Source: Spizellomyces punctatus DAOM BR117
Taxonomy: Eukaryota
DNA length: 64,000 nucleotides
Reading direction: 5' to 3' (one strand)
Assembly (NCBI GenBank): GCA_000182565.2
Contig: KQ257451.1
Both the position numbers and the translations under genes were made by a program. This document shows, piece after piece, positions 28,323 to 41,358 of this stretch (its first letter is position 1; every line of letters begins with the position of its first letter). The notes beneath the pieces were generated by a model. That model did no database searches. It saw only the letters and a program-made list of their open reading frames with translations, and was not told the origin of the DNA.

Positions 28323-31237
28323 CTATGTTCCCGCACCATCCCGTTTTCTCCGCCGTTTCCATTTGTCCAACGGTAAGTCGTCTTCGCTGTCAGAGTCCTC
28401 AACCACGAGGATTCGTTTTTTGCTTCTCTTGCCTCGCGGTGGTGCAGCTCCTGAGCTCGTTGAATCTGCTGAAGTGGACCGTTTTGGCGCTGTGCGTCGT
28501 GGACTTCCTAGGTGTCCATTAACAGCTGATGCGACATCGTTCGGGTCCTGCGATTCAGGTCCTGCTCTCATTCGAAGCTTGATCTTCAGAGGCCGCGGAT
28601 GTGCTACTGACGTGGAGGATGATGTGGATGTGGATAACGCGGGTGACGATGATGAGTTTACTTCCGGGTCCTCAATGTGGCCGTTACCTGTAGGTATGCG
28701 CATTGACCCAACGCCTTCTTCATCATCGGGTTCAACTTCCAGTTCCACTTCCCCGTCTACACTTTTCCTTCGCACGTAAAAGAGCATATAGGCAGACTGC
28801 TGTGCGAGGACGTCTGGTGTAACAGGTCTGACATGTGTGTCGTTGACTTCGAACCATGTGTCGTTATCTGGACTCCATACAAAGGCAATATAGTGCCCAG
28901 ACCCCGAAGAGCCATGATGTACGATGGCAGAGTATAGGTCATAAATTGCTGGTGTCCCGCGTTGTCGCCGGTTTGTATATGGACGCATGTTGAGGCCCTC
29001 GATGGGAAATTGCACATAGGTATCAATTTTGGAACGTGCTGCGCGTCGGTTTGTGTAGCGAAAGCGCTTAAGATGGAGGCACATAACCTTGGTTTTGCAG
29101 AAGTCTGAGTAATCGGCATCCGAAAGCTGCGGGGTTGAAGAATAATTCAAGAATTACCTCTGGCAGCTCATCAATCGACAGCCGCTTCGTGCAGGGCTGA
29201 GGTCCGCGGTTCAGGACGAGGCAATGGGGACAGTCGTATCGCTCTGAGTCCGCGAGCTGCTCTACTTCAGTGAACGCTCTCAAGCAGTCTGTGAGGCGAC
29301 GGCATTAATCAGTTAGGAGACTCTATATGTTTGCGACAAACAGATATTGGCCGCCCACCATCTATTGTACAAGGATGGACCTACAAGATGAAGCACATTA
29401 GAGCAATTCTTTTTATTACGATGATCATGCCCGTCAGGAAAACTAACCATTTGCTCCACTTTGTTTTGCCGATTGACAAACCGTTCGGGAATAGGAAGCG
29501 AAAGGTCGAGGAAGGGATCGGTTTTCAATGAGGACTGGCCGCAATTGAGGCATTTGACCTTCGTGGTAGTGCATATCAACGACATGGCCATGAATTCTCG
29601 CTACATATGAAAGCAACCCACCTCATTGTGCAATGTACCCTGAGGAAGCACCAAATGGCAGAATGTATTGAGTATCCGGAGAATATGCGGGACACAAGCG
29701 CGGCAGAAAACGGCAGCCTACCTGAAATGTTCGGGTGATTGGTGTGGGGTTGATCTGTGTCGCTAGTTCGGTATGGATCCTGGGGTCACAATAAGATGTC
29801 ATGAAATTATCGTATCGGGGCAGGGGGACTCTCCACTCACCGATCAAGTAGATATCGAATGAATTCCTGCGCATCTTGCTGCTGGTAGCCTCTGAACTGG
29901 CAAGTTCACAATAAGCGCCCAATGTTGCATGACAGAAAAGGGTGAGCTTCGCGCAATCTCTTACCATTGGCACATTCTTCCATATGGCGTCCAAGAAGGT
30001 TCCTGGACTTACTGCCAATGCCTCATCTGTCCACATTTCGCGCAGTAAGGCTCGTGTTTCCGCCCATACGGAGCTGAGCAAAACAATCCACTACGTGTGA
30101 GCTGAGCATGGACGTCACCATTTTCCATGCGACCAATGCACGTACATGTCCTTGTTGGCGGACATTCGACGTGTTATCCGCGGCGGTGATATTTGCGGGG
30201 TAGTTGGATGAGAGTCAGCCGAATTTGGAGTTCGTGGAGTGCGCGGAGTTGAGGGCCATATATCCAGGTAATATTGTTGAAACGTTACAGTGTGACTTTA
30301 TAAACAAAGTCACATCAGCGAAGGTACAGAAGAGGAAGCAAAGATTATGTGTGGACCATACCAGAGGGTTTGCATAACGACATTCATGAAACAGGTGTTG
30401 CCTGAGAGGTCATTGGCATTGGCATACTCAAAAGACTAAGGACAACAAATGGTATGGGAATACCTAGGTTACTCAACCCAGTTACGTGATTGTACTTCCT
30501 TTGCGGGGTCGCTGCCCTTTTTCGCCCTTTCCCTCGTCGGGGTGGTGATGGACCTGTCCTAAGAGAGAGCAAAGCAGCACGCAACATGACTATGAGCGGG
30601 TCATTATCCTGAGCGCGTTCTGCGCAAACAGCTCAGGTGGACGTCCGCGCAGCCGAACCTACCCTCGCTGAATCTGTATCGACTCGTCGCATTCTAATTC
30701 AGGTGGCGAGAGAACCCTCTCAACCGCTCTACGCAACGTTTCCAACACATTGTCTTGACCACTTCCGTGCGCATAGTCGTCACATGCGTAACTAAATCAT
30801 AGAGTGCTAGAAATTAGATCGAACTCGACTGGTGCGTCCCGCATATTTAATTCTACCAATAGCATGCCGTAGAGTCCAAGTCAATCGCACATGGATGTTT
30901 CGTCGTGTGAAAATGTGCCAAAGCGTGTCCCTCAACAAATCTATCAATAATGCAGTACAGAGAGTTGTTAGTTTTACACGTATCGACTTACTAAAAACGA
31001 AGCACATATCGCTCGCAGTAGCTAGTATCAAGCACTACCCACTCACCGGCTACAGTTTACTTCGGCGCATGTCAAGCAAACCCAACGACCCTCTCTCGAC
31101 CCACATCCAGTGCACCCCAATTCAGCGACTGCAGAACAATTGCTGGTGCCACTACTCGCACTGCTGCATTTCGAACGTTCTTCCAAAGCTTCTAGAACCT
31201 TATCGGGACGACTTTCCGTGAGGTGTGGACAGTTCAT
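28323..31237 (-). CDS. Ubiquitin-specific protease with N-terminal ZnF-UBP (USP3/USP44-like)
   Basis: MNCPHL, WVCLTCAEVNCSR, Cys box TGLSNLGNTCFMNVVMQ, QQQDAQEF, LHLKRF and His box YDLYSAIVHHGSSGSGHYIA...NDT. Confidence 0.9.
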
Positions 31238-31850
31238 GCGAATTCAGTGACAGATGCCAATGAGGACCAGGAAGTGACAAGCGCCGCTCGTTTACGTGAA
31301 ATACACAGCAGAGATATGATATATTATTATTCTTTTGTACAGTCCTCCTGCGTTGGAATTCAGAAAACTATGATATGGGCCACGGGAAGGGTTCAAGCCG
31401 GAAGGAGGGGTCAAAGGAGCTGGGGGATGACCGCGTCTTTTTAAATGACTCCAAAAACCAAACCGGGAATTTGGACAAGACGACTCTACGTTTTCTTTTT
31501 TTTTTGTTTTTGAAACTACAGACTGCTGAACACTTTCGACAAGGTCAAATAGAGTGCATGTCGTTGATGGCGGCCAAAGTGCAAAGTGTAGTGCTGGCGC
31601 GCCTTGAAGGTCGACACGACTGTCGGCGTTATCCACATCACAGCAGACGTAAATAGCACTGGTTCATGAACAGGAGCAAATAGTTGACTTGGTTACCCAT
31701 GCCCAGGGTAAAAAGCATCTGTTCAAATGAAGACAAAAGTGCCTTCGTGAAATAGTCTATTTGAACGGGCGTTGCAGTCAAGTCCCACATTGTTGCTACC
31801 TTCTACGCTACACTTGTAAAAGTCGAGATGGACTACCTACTTAGCATCAT

Positions 31851-32449
31851 CTAATCACCTAGTATCCCGTTGGTGAATCCTTCTGTACCAGTTCCATCAT
31901 TTCCATTTTCTTGATTCCTAGGTTCGGCTGCAACGGTTCCTCCTTCACTTACGTCCCCCTCTGGAATTGCAACGTCGTCCTCTTTATCTATTAGATCTGC
32001 GAATGTGTCTGGTGGAGCTTCGTTGGTAGTTTGAGAGAAAATTGGTTGACGCTTCGCCTGTTCAAACCCACCAAATACATGTCAGCATGCAGCCTTAACC
32101 CTTCGTCGTACAAGGCTACAATGCTCTCCATTACCTTTCCAGCACCTTCAGGTCTAGCCCGTTTCTGTTCAGTACCGCTCTTGGTGTCAATCGGCGGCAA
32201 TACGGTGCTTTCCTCCTTGCTCTTGGCTTTGTATTTGCGTACCACCTGCGTGGACCGGAATGCACATGAATGCGTTGTATGCGGCTGACTAGGCAGATGG
32301 GATGATACGCTCCGATTATGCAATGTTTTCTGTGTTGCGCTAGCCTTCTTTTTCGGCGGCGATGGTAGTGATGTGGATGTGTCGGCCCGTTTCTTGACTT
32401 GCGTTTTCTGTTGAGATATCAAATGCCCCATCAGTCGAGTCACCGCCAT
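31851..32449 (-). CDS. Hypothetical basic low-complexity protein (probably 2 exons)
   Basis: 152-aa ORF with a plausible spliced second exon ending ...GFTNGILGD*; no recognised family. Confidence 0.4.
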
Positions 32450-32637
32450 GCGAGAAAATCAAGACAAAATGAAAAGACTCACGCAGTCAGGACAAACAAA
32501 TCCCTTTTCACATTCTTCGTATGGAGGATCCGACGCAAAGCGGAGGGCATTGGCTATTAACCTTGGCGTCGTCGCTGTTTTGGCATCTTTTATGTCATAG
32601 GAGAAGCGAGTGGATTGGATCAAAGTATCAGACAGCG

Positions 32638-33629
32638 TTACCTCACGACGTACTCACCCCAGAAGTCAACCCACTGGCCCCCTTTCCTCAACTTGTCCAC
32701 AGGCATTACATTCACCCATACAACCCTTCCTTTGAGTGTATTGTCCAGCACGGTCACAAGCGGCACAGAATTCGCCCAACGCATGACGACTCGCCCCTTT
32801 GCTACGCCCACTGCATATGTTGCCCATTCCGCCCCGCCAACCTCTTCCACTCCTTCCAGCAATGGATGCATATCCTCTTTATCGACCGACAGGAATGGCT
32901 CGTGCTTGATTCGGCCTGGAACAAACGGTGCAACTTTGGGGGATAGGATGCTGTGTGTATGCGGATGCAACGTAGTGACGATCCCTCCATTGGTGCTCTC
33001 GAGGTACACGTTAAGGAGGGGAGTCAGCGTACTGGGTGGTGGAGGTCCGGGATACGGTATTATTAGGATCGCACTGTATTGCTGTAGCCCTTCCAATGTG
33101 ATATGAATTTCGTGAGGATTGTATATATCTACCTCAAACGCATTGGATCGTAAATGGTTTACAAGGACGGAGAGCGTAGCATGTGCTAGTACGGTTAGGA
33201 TGAGTGTTTTGCGTATTTTGCTTGTGAGAGGGCGCAGAGGAAGACAGGTTGGATGGTAACGTCGAAGGCATTCTTGACATGGATGTGGAAGCGGCGGTAA
33301 AATTTTGGTGTCGCAGATTGTGCAGCTTGGCTGTGGTATCAACTATGTGGGAATTAACATCGGATATCCGAGACGTTTGGAACAGCAACATCTCACTCAC
33401 CCATCCGTTCTGCAGACCCATCTTCTTGATTCCCTTCCTTCCAAACCACTCCCTCAGCGCAGGATCTCGAAGAGGATCATAATTGAAAGGCGGACTCGTG
33501 GTCTTGGAAAGCAAGAGTCGTTTGTGCCTAGAAAATCGTAAAGATCAACGCCTTGCTTTTGCTGCATTGTGTGCGGTGGGATACCTACGGTATGGAAGGA
33601 AGCACTATAGTCTCGATGTCTGGTGCCAT
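32638..33629 (-). CDS. Hypothetical protein (N-terminal YDPLRDPAL..F motif, Cys-rich C/H segment)
   Basis: ORFs 33134-33514 and 32638-33342 can be joined by GT-AG introns from ATG 33629; contains CTIC...CQEC...H..C. Confidence 0.45.
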
Positions 33630-33889
33630 GTCTTCTCACTATCTCTCTAGCAGAGATGCGCTGAAGTTTGATCAAGGCCATGACAATTACATGGTTAAGC
33701 CATTCAAGCCGTACCCTCAGTAACCCCGATCGCTGATGTAAGCAAAGTTTGAGTTTGTTCACTTTTTATGGTACGTTTGTTTGCGCACTTTGATAGCCAT
33801 TTGCAACGGATGGGATTCTGTATGCCTTGTGTGTTTCGTGGTCCAACATATAAGCGACTCTATCATGACATATCCGGCTTCACTTCTAT

Positions 33890-35193
33890 TTAAATATCCG
33901 TTGCCCGACACACTGCCTTTGGATTCTCCAACCACACTCTGGCTTGGACAATAGCCAGTTCGTGGCATCTCAAAAAAGTTGCCTTATCAGAAGATTCGCC
34001 TAACCCCATCCTCCTCGCCTTCTCTTCATTTCGCTCAACCGTCTTCTTCAACACCCCTTGCATACACGCCACTGCTCGTTCGCAGGCTCGCTTAAGATAC
34101 GCTGTTTCGTCTGTATTTTGAGGTACGTCTGCAAGGTGAGCTAGTATTAACGCTGCAAAGAGGTCGCCTGTTCCAGTGAAAACCCCGCTGATTTTTTGGA
34201 ATGGAATGACAAAGCGTGCTGACGAGGGCCGATGGGAGGCGATGAGATGGAGGACGTCCGAGGTTCCTTGATCGTTTCGGTCCTGTAACTCGGCGGAGGT
34301 GATGATGACGGTGGGAACTCCTATCTCATGAAGCTTCTCGCACGCGTCGATGGCGGTTTGCGTCGATGTCACATTTACGCCAGTAAGAAGGCTACACGTT
34401 GTGAGCAATATGCAGATGTTACTTGGCGAAGAGGTCGTCACTTACCTCGTCTCAAACCCATTGGGAGTTATGACATCTGCTAATGGACATAACACGTCCC
34501 GGTAAATCGGTACGACCTCCGCAGATACATACAACCTGCCATCATCACCCATTACAGGATCCAAAACTATATATTGCAACATTTAGTATCACTCGCGCCC
34601 GCCAATACATCGCTAACCAGGACGTACCAAACTTTAACGCTGGATTTGCTGCCCGTAGCTTCTTCACCAAATCTGAGACAACTTCCAAGGTTGAGGCTCG
34701 GCCAATATAGCCTGTGACAAGAACGCATGAGCCTCGGCGAGAATGGTATTTACCTCATCGCTCAGCAAGATGCAAACCTGTCAGCAGATGCGAGTATTCT
34801 TGTAGAATCCCATTAGCCTCTAATCCTTGGACAATCTTGGCCACTTGCGCTCCCTCAAGCCGCTCCCCCGTCACTGTTGGATAACCTATCCAGAAAGTGA
34901 GAAAGTGTACCACACTCAAACGACCACGAGAACCCACCGCCATGGTTTGAAAAATGAACTGAATTCAGAGGATCCACATCAAAGCCCAAAATTTGAAGGG
35001 GAAACGTTGCTGCCTTGTTGCCTTGTGTTTAAGGACGCAGAGAGCCTTGTATCGGTAAGTCAGAAGGACCAAGGCGGCATTCACGCACCAACTCCACCGT
35101 ATACTGACCCACGTAGCCGTACACAACATGTGATTGGATGGATAGCACCCGTCGGTTCTGCGAAACAGGAGCGGGTGCCGACACGTCTGCCAT
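33890..35193 (-). CDS. Pyridoxal kinase (PdxK/Bud16 family)
   Basis: [49 protein letters not shown] and [11 protein letters not shown]. Confidence 0.93.
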
Positions 35194-35490
35194 GATGAAG
35201 AATCGTTTGCACGATGGTGGGAGCATCTGCCATGGCTCTAACTTAGGTCAGGCGGCACAGTCATGGCAAACTCGTAAGCGGCAAACCCTGAATAGCGAAT
35301 GGGGCTTGGTCCTTTGGATGATCCGCCGCTCCGCCGCCACTATTTTTGGCTCTTGAGCGTTTTTCCGCAGGCTTTTTGGGACGGAAAACGCAGTCGCAAA
35401 AGCAGATCCATATTTCAAACGGAGGGAGAGCTCTACCAACCGGCTTATAAACATTCACCTCTATCGACCCAAGCTCATAAAGCCCTCCAG

Positions 35491-36404
35491 ATGGTGTTCG
35501 CTGAAGCGTCCTGCTCTCAGACAGGTTGGCTCTACGCTCTCACCTCTGCCACGAGTTTCTACCTTCTTCGCACCCTCCTTGTTCCCGCGATATTCGCCCG
35601 GGTTTGGCCAGAATGGACTCTAAAGCGACGGAATATGTTTGCCAATCATTTCGTGTCCTGCTTGCACGCGATGACATGCAGTATTTTGGTGGTTGGCACC
35701 TTTTTCTCTTATCCTGCCTTACTGAGCGACTTGCAGGGACTCCATGTTGATGCATATGCAATGGAATTTGCGAGAGGTGTTTTGGCCTTTTCGTCGGGGT
35801 ATTTTATCGGAGATTGTCTTGATATGGCGATAAATCGAGTTTATGCAGGAAATTTTGGAGTTTGGGCACATCACATTGTGGTAAGTCGAGAGATTGCATT
35901 TTGTTCTACCATCATTCCAAATTTCATAACTATCTGCTTTAGACAATTTTCTGCTACACCTCGGCGCTTCACAACTGCCTCCTGTACCCATATCTCATCT
36001 TCACCCTCCTCGTCGAGCTCAACAGCATCTTCATCCACCAACGCAAACTCCTACTCTTGTATTTCGTGTCAGTACCTCAAATGCCCTCCTTCTACCGCAC
36101 AATATACAAGCATGCGACTACTCTCCTCTTACTGAGCTTTCCTCCAACCCGCATTGTGGCGAACTTTTATCTGACATATCGTTTATTTGCTGATCGGGGG
36201 ACATGGGTGGCGCCTGCATGGACATGGTGGGTTGCCACATGCGGCATGATACTGGTCGACTATTATAATATAGTCTTGTGGGGACAGGTGAAGAAGAGTG
36301 TAACGAGAGATAATAGAGCGAAAGCAGAAGAAGGAGACCATAAGAATACTAAGCAAGATAAAGGGGATTGGAAGGGGCAACAAGGGAGCGAGTTTTTGGA
36401 TTAG
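35491..36404 (+). CDS. TLC (TRAM/LAG1/CLN8) domain membrane protein
   Basis: VSCLHA, FSSGYFIGD, VWAHHIV, LLVELNSIFIHQR and F..TR pattern across hydrophobic helices; one intron. Confidence 0.8.
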
Positions 36405-36778
36405 ACGATTTTATTCAAAGGTTTTTGACTGTAACAGACATTGGTTATTGGGGAAATTTGGATCGCCGGGACAAATTGTGCAGGATCTTCGTAGATGTAC
36501 TCTGTTGTTTTTCACTATTGAAATTAGAGCTAGCCTCTGTGTATTTATAGATATTATTATATGAATGAAATGATAGCCGTGGACGCTTGCTGGATGGTCG
36601 CTGTCGAAGGAAAACCCTGCAGGAAAGGACCGATCCCAATGCAAATAACCGGTGACATCCATTACGTAAGTGGGTGCCCTGCATTCGGCCCTTAATTGTG
36701 ACGGGTCCCTCCCAAGTTCCCACGTCGTTGCTCGGATTGCCAGAAGGCTCGTTCTCGTGCGGAATCCTTCAAGTTACA

Positions 36779-38381
36779 ATGGCGAACATCCTACTCGCAG
36801 TTGCATATGTTCTGGGCTCGACACTTGCCTGTGTTTTGGGAGCGGCAACAATATTCATCAACAGAATACCTTTCACCCAAACCAAGCTCATAGAGTCGAG
36901 AGCTTTCATGGCTCTGGCAATGAGTATCAGTGCGGGAACACTCTTGTATACGAGTCTGGTGGATCTCATTCCAGAAGCCCAAGAGAACCTCCGAGAGAGC
37001 AAAACTTTCAAAAAGAGCGCCGACTTCATTTTACTTGGGCTATTTATCCTCGGTGTTGGAATGACCATGGGCTTGAACAGTAACGTGTCCTTGCCACTCT
37101 GCGCGCAGTGAAGTTATCTATGTGTTCTCACCAAGCTCAATTTTACTAGAACTGCTTCTCTGGTTTAATCCTTCTGGCCACGGTTGCGCATGTCACGTCG
37201 ACATAAAACCAACCGCAATTGACGACACTTCTTCCGCAGATGACTATGATTATGACAAATCGGATGACGCTATAGGGAACGACAGGCGCTCAAGCACCTA
37301 TACTGTAGATGTACGATCACTTTCTTCACGACTACCCGAATTTGCCGATAGCTGGGAAGAGGATCAATGGATACGTGAAATTGAGGCGCGGAGGAATTAT
37401 GGGGCCATTCGACCATTCCCGCCATCTTCAACAACGAAAGGGAAGCAGTCACAACCTCCTGTATCAACTCAGGATGCGGAATTGGAATATGGCAATGCGC
37501 CGCTGATCGGAGAAGATGTTGCTCATTGCAAATCTAATGGTGGCTGCGATATGGCCGGAAATTGCGCTCAACCTCCAGTGGGCGAGCTATCGCGCTCAGT
37601 TAACGTCGTCCCGACAAAACCGAACGGAGGGCACTGCCATCATCCCAATTCACATCACCAGCACCATCATCACCATCATCATCATGATCAAAACAATCAC
37701 CACCACCACCACCACGCCCATCACCATCACCACCATTCGGATGACTATGAGGAAGAATCGTCCTCTACGCAATATGCGGCCCTGCTTGCCCCTCGTCCCA
37801 GCGCACCCACCCGAAACCCGTCCTCCAGAATGTACAGTGTCGGCCTTGCAACAGCTGTAACAATTTCCCTCCACAAACTTCCAGAGGGCTTTGTTATTTT
37901 CACAACGACAGCATTTTACTCTAATAAAACGACTGGGGCTCTCATATTCCTAGCGTTATCCTTGCACAACCTAACAGAAGGACTTGCGATTGCGCTGCCC
38001 ATATTTCTTGGGACATCGAATCGGAAACGGGCATTTGGGTATGCGGCAGCATTGGGCGGTTTGACACAGCCTCTGGGAGCTATTTTGGGATGGTTTCTGG
38101 TGTGCGTAGGGAATCCGGCGAGAACCGCCCATTGCGCCGCGGCTCATCATGATTTGCATGGAGGAAAGGCATTACCAGGATGGGAAGCAGCCTTTGGGTG
38201 CCTATTTTCCTTTGTCTCGGGAATGATGTTTTGGGTTGCGGCCGATGGGTTATTGCCCGCTGCATGGAGTGTGGCGGGCCGTCATGAAGAAGGCGATCGG
38301 CATGCTGGCAAAAAGTATGTGAGCATTGGGTTGGTGGTGGGTGTCGTTTTGATGATATTCTGCGAGGCGCTTATGGCGTAG
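36779..38381 (+). CDS. ZIP-family (ZupT/Zrt3-like) zinc/metal transporter with a very His-rich loop
   Basis: AGTLLYTSLVDLIPEA, ISLHKLPEG, LSLHNLTEGLAIALP, GGLTQPLGA and DGLLPAA. Confidence 0.88.
37632..37736 (+). repeat. CAY trinucleotide-rich poly-histidine tract
   Basis: Encodes HCHHPNSHHQ-H8-DQNN-H6-A-H6. Confidence 0.9.
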
Positions 38382-38670
38382 CAGCTTTGTATGCGTTTCA
38401 GTTTGTAAAATATTGGATCACAACTTTGGGCCTCTGGAATTCACTGATACAGATCGTGGCTATTTTTATTAATTCCAAAAATTGTACAAAACACACCTTC
38501 CACGCAGCTTTCTCCCTTAAAAAGAAGTAGGATGCGCAGAAAACAGGTGTCCCAGCACGTGCTCAAATAATGTCGCTAATTATATTATGGATATCGTTAA
38601 TGTGCATTTTTGGCTGCAATTTCTTCCTTTTCTTGATTAGTTGAGGTATGGATATCTGATGGACGAGGTA

Positions 38671-40467
38671 TTATTTAAACAAGTTTTTGAGCTGCAGAAA
38701 AGTGACATCAGTGAACCATCACACGAAGCACAACTGAACGGTGTCAATGTCTTGCCTTTTTCAGGAAGCCACCTTTCTTCTTGCCGACCGATCCAGATGT
38801 AGCGGTAGTGGGTTTCGCCTCGGGCTTTGTGAAAACGAATATACGCATCTGAGTACTATGCAAAACTAAAGATGCCTGTGCACAGAAATACCTTCTCTGC
38901 CGGAGTCTCAGTAGGAGTCGCCGTTTCCTTAGCAGCTTCCTTGGTGGTGGCAGGGGTTTCCTTGACGGGGACAGCGGGTGTAGGTGGTTCTGTTGGCACA
39001 ATACTCTCCGAGGGCGGGGGAACAGCCGCGGTCTCCGGCACACTGGTAGGAGCGGGCGCAGCCGACTCCGTCGTTTTGGGTTCTTCGGCTTCATTGCTTG
39101 CTGATGCAGCACTCGCTCTGAGGCTGTTCAAAGCAGCCTCTGTAACATTATCCGATTTTGCGGGGCTCTCTTCTTTCGCGACGGCGGTACCTTCCAGCGG
39201 AGGTGTTGCGATGGGAATCGCTTCCAACGCCAAAGGTGCTTCAGACGTAATGGCAACAGCTGCAGCGGACACAGGAGCAATTTCCGCTGCGGCAGATTTC
39301 TCCACGATAGGTTCCTCCACAGCCCCCAGTTCCTCCACGACAGGGGTGGTGGCTTCGGTAATGGGTGCAGGGGTCGCTTCCACTTTAACCGATTCGGCCG
39401 GTTCGACAATGTCTTTGATCTCCGGTACAGTAATCTCGGTGGGCCCGGGCACTTCGACAGAGGCTGGCGCAGCTTCAACTTCGACGACCTCCTCAGCGGA
39501 AGGTGTGTCAACCTTGTCCTCCACCTTGGGCTCAACGACTTGGGTTTCGACAGGTGCAGCACTAACTTCCGGAACAGGAGCTGCCAAAACTTCAGACGGT
39601 GTATCCTCCACCTTGGGCTCTTGCACGCTAATGGCTGCGACCGGCGCAACCTCAGCCTGTGTCTCTTCGGCAGCTTCAAGAGGTTCGGGGACGACAACCT
39701 CTGCGGGTGTTTCCTCTTTGGCTTCCTCCACAGGCGCTCCACCCGTAGCAGGTTGTGTCTCTACTTCTACAGTATCTTCAGCATGTACTGGAGTGGCTTC
39801 GCTCGCTGCAGGTACTTCAGCGGGAACCTCAACAGGAGCAGACTCTGCGAGAACTTGGGGTTCTTTGGCAGTCACCTCTTCAGCCTTTTCAACAGGAGCG
39901 GGCACCGTAGTGGATTGCGGAGCGGGACCCGAGGCCGGCTCGGCAGATTCCTCAGGAAATGTGAAAACGTTGTTCTGATTGCCCTGTTCGGATGGATATT
40001 CCGGTCAGCAGCCGTGAAGAAGAGCAGATCAGGCGACATTGCAGCACTCACACTTTCATCGGTTTCAATTTCATAGTTGTCAGCATTCTTCCAATCGTCA
40101 TCGACAACGAACTTGAATGCAATCTTGGTGTTTGCGGGCAGGTCGAGCTTCGCGCGATGGATGCCGTCTTCACCCTGATAAACAACATCAATCACGTTAA
40201 CGCGATTCTCGGCAAAATAGACATATCCCCAACTCCTCTCACCTTCACCGCTACATTCTCTTGTTTCCAGTCATCAAAATCGCCAGTGAGAATGACCTAG
40301 ATTGACAAAAGACCTTCACTCAGCAACGATCACTAGTATCGTGTGATAGGACACCCCTTCTGCGACATTCAGGACAACGTCGGTGGAGAGCGACCGAAAC
40401 TCTCTTACGCGCCCGTAATGCGTACCTTTTCACCGCCTTGTTTCCATTCAAATATCTGAAGAACCAT
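38671..40467 (-). CDS. AMPK-beta-type CBM48 glycogen-binding domain protein with a long Glu/Ala/Pro/Val-rich tail (Crp1/Mdg1-like architecture)
   Basis: Spliced N-terminus MVLQIFEWKQGGEK|VILTGDFDDWK...IAFKFVVDDDWK...GNQNN, a ~350-aa low-complexity exon, and the end KKKGGFLKK|LKNLFK*. Confidence 0.75.
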
Positions 40468-41358
40468 ATTGGTCAAACACTATTGTACTCGTTCAAAATG
40501 GACGCTGGAAAGTACGCAAGACGTTGAGATGAAATCTTCTGGGGCAGCGCGCGAAGAGACTCTTCGTGGCGATAACCTACCAGTGATGAGAAGAGCGATA
40601 AAACCCGGCAATCGGTGCAAAATGGAAGCGGGAAGAAACGATAAACAGTCGTCGGACTTGCGCTCGATAATTTTTGGCGGGACGGGCGGTTCAACTGAGC
40701 CACAGGCTACTGTGGCTGATGCGCATGTTAAAGAAGCCGCTTCTGGAAAACGCACGAGGGCTAAGAGCTCACAAGCTGTTGATTTTGTTTTGAAAGATGA
40801 ACGGATTGGCATGACTTGTCCATGGAGTGGGTTTTCGTTGGGAAACCGATGATGGGTTTATTGTTATAGGTTCATACGGGCATATAGTAGTCAATACCTG
40901 TTTTTGTCGTTTACAGGCTACCGAGTTGCAAAAGCGCGCTCAGCATGTGTGTTTCCTTTCGGCACATTGTCAGCATGAGATCCTCTGATGGTTAATAGCT
41001 TGAGTGTCAGTCTGAAAGGGCATGTCAAAGCATCAATGTTGTAAATGTATAATGTGTCTCCGAGTGTAGTTCCTGTGCTAAGAGATATTACGAACCTATG
41101 AGTCAGACCACTTCCCATCACTCTGGGTGATCGTATTCATCTGCAGTCGGGCAAGAAGGATCCATTTTATCCATGATCATAGTCTGCCTCGAAAAACAAG
41201 ATTGCATTTCATACTTTATCTTGCTTCAGAACCCGGTATAGGCCAGGTTCCATCTTCGAAGGAAAAAGTGCGTGAGATAGTCGGCGCGGGTAGACCAAGA
41301 AGCCAAATTAGGAGTTGCGATAGTTGTCCCATCAAGAGGAGTGGCGAGAGGAAGTAGC

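Noticed and set aside
39517-39620. 17-nt direct repeat TCCTCCACCTTGGGCTC (two copies)
   Set aside because: It is an internal coding duplication (EPKVED) in a low-complexity protein, not a mobile element or CRISPR-like repeat.
38872-39978. 368-aa plus-strand Ser/Thr/Gly/Ala-rich ORF
   Set aside because: It is the antisense shadow of the low-complexity Glu/Ala/Pro/Val exon of the CBM48 gene.
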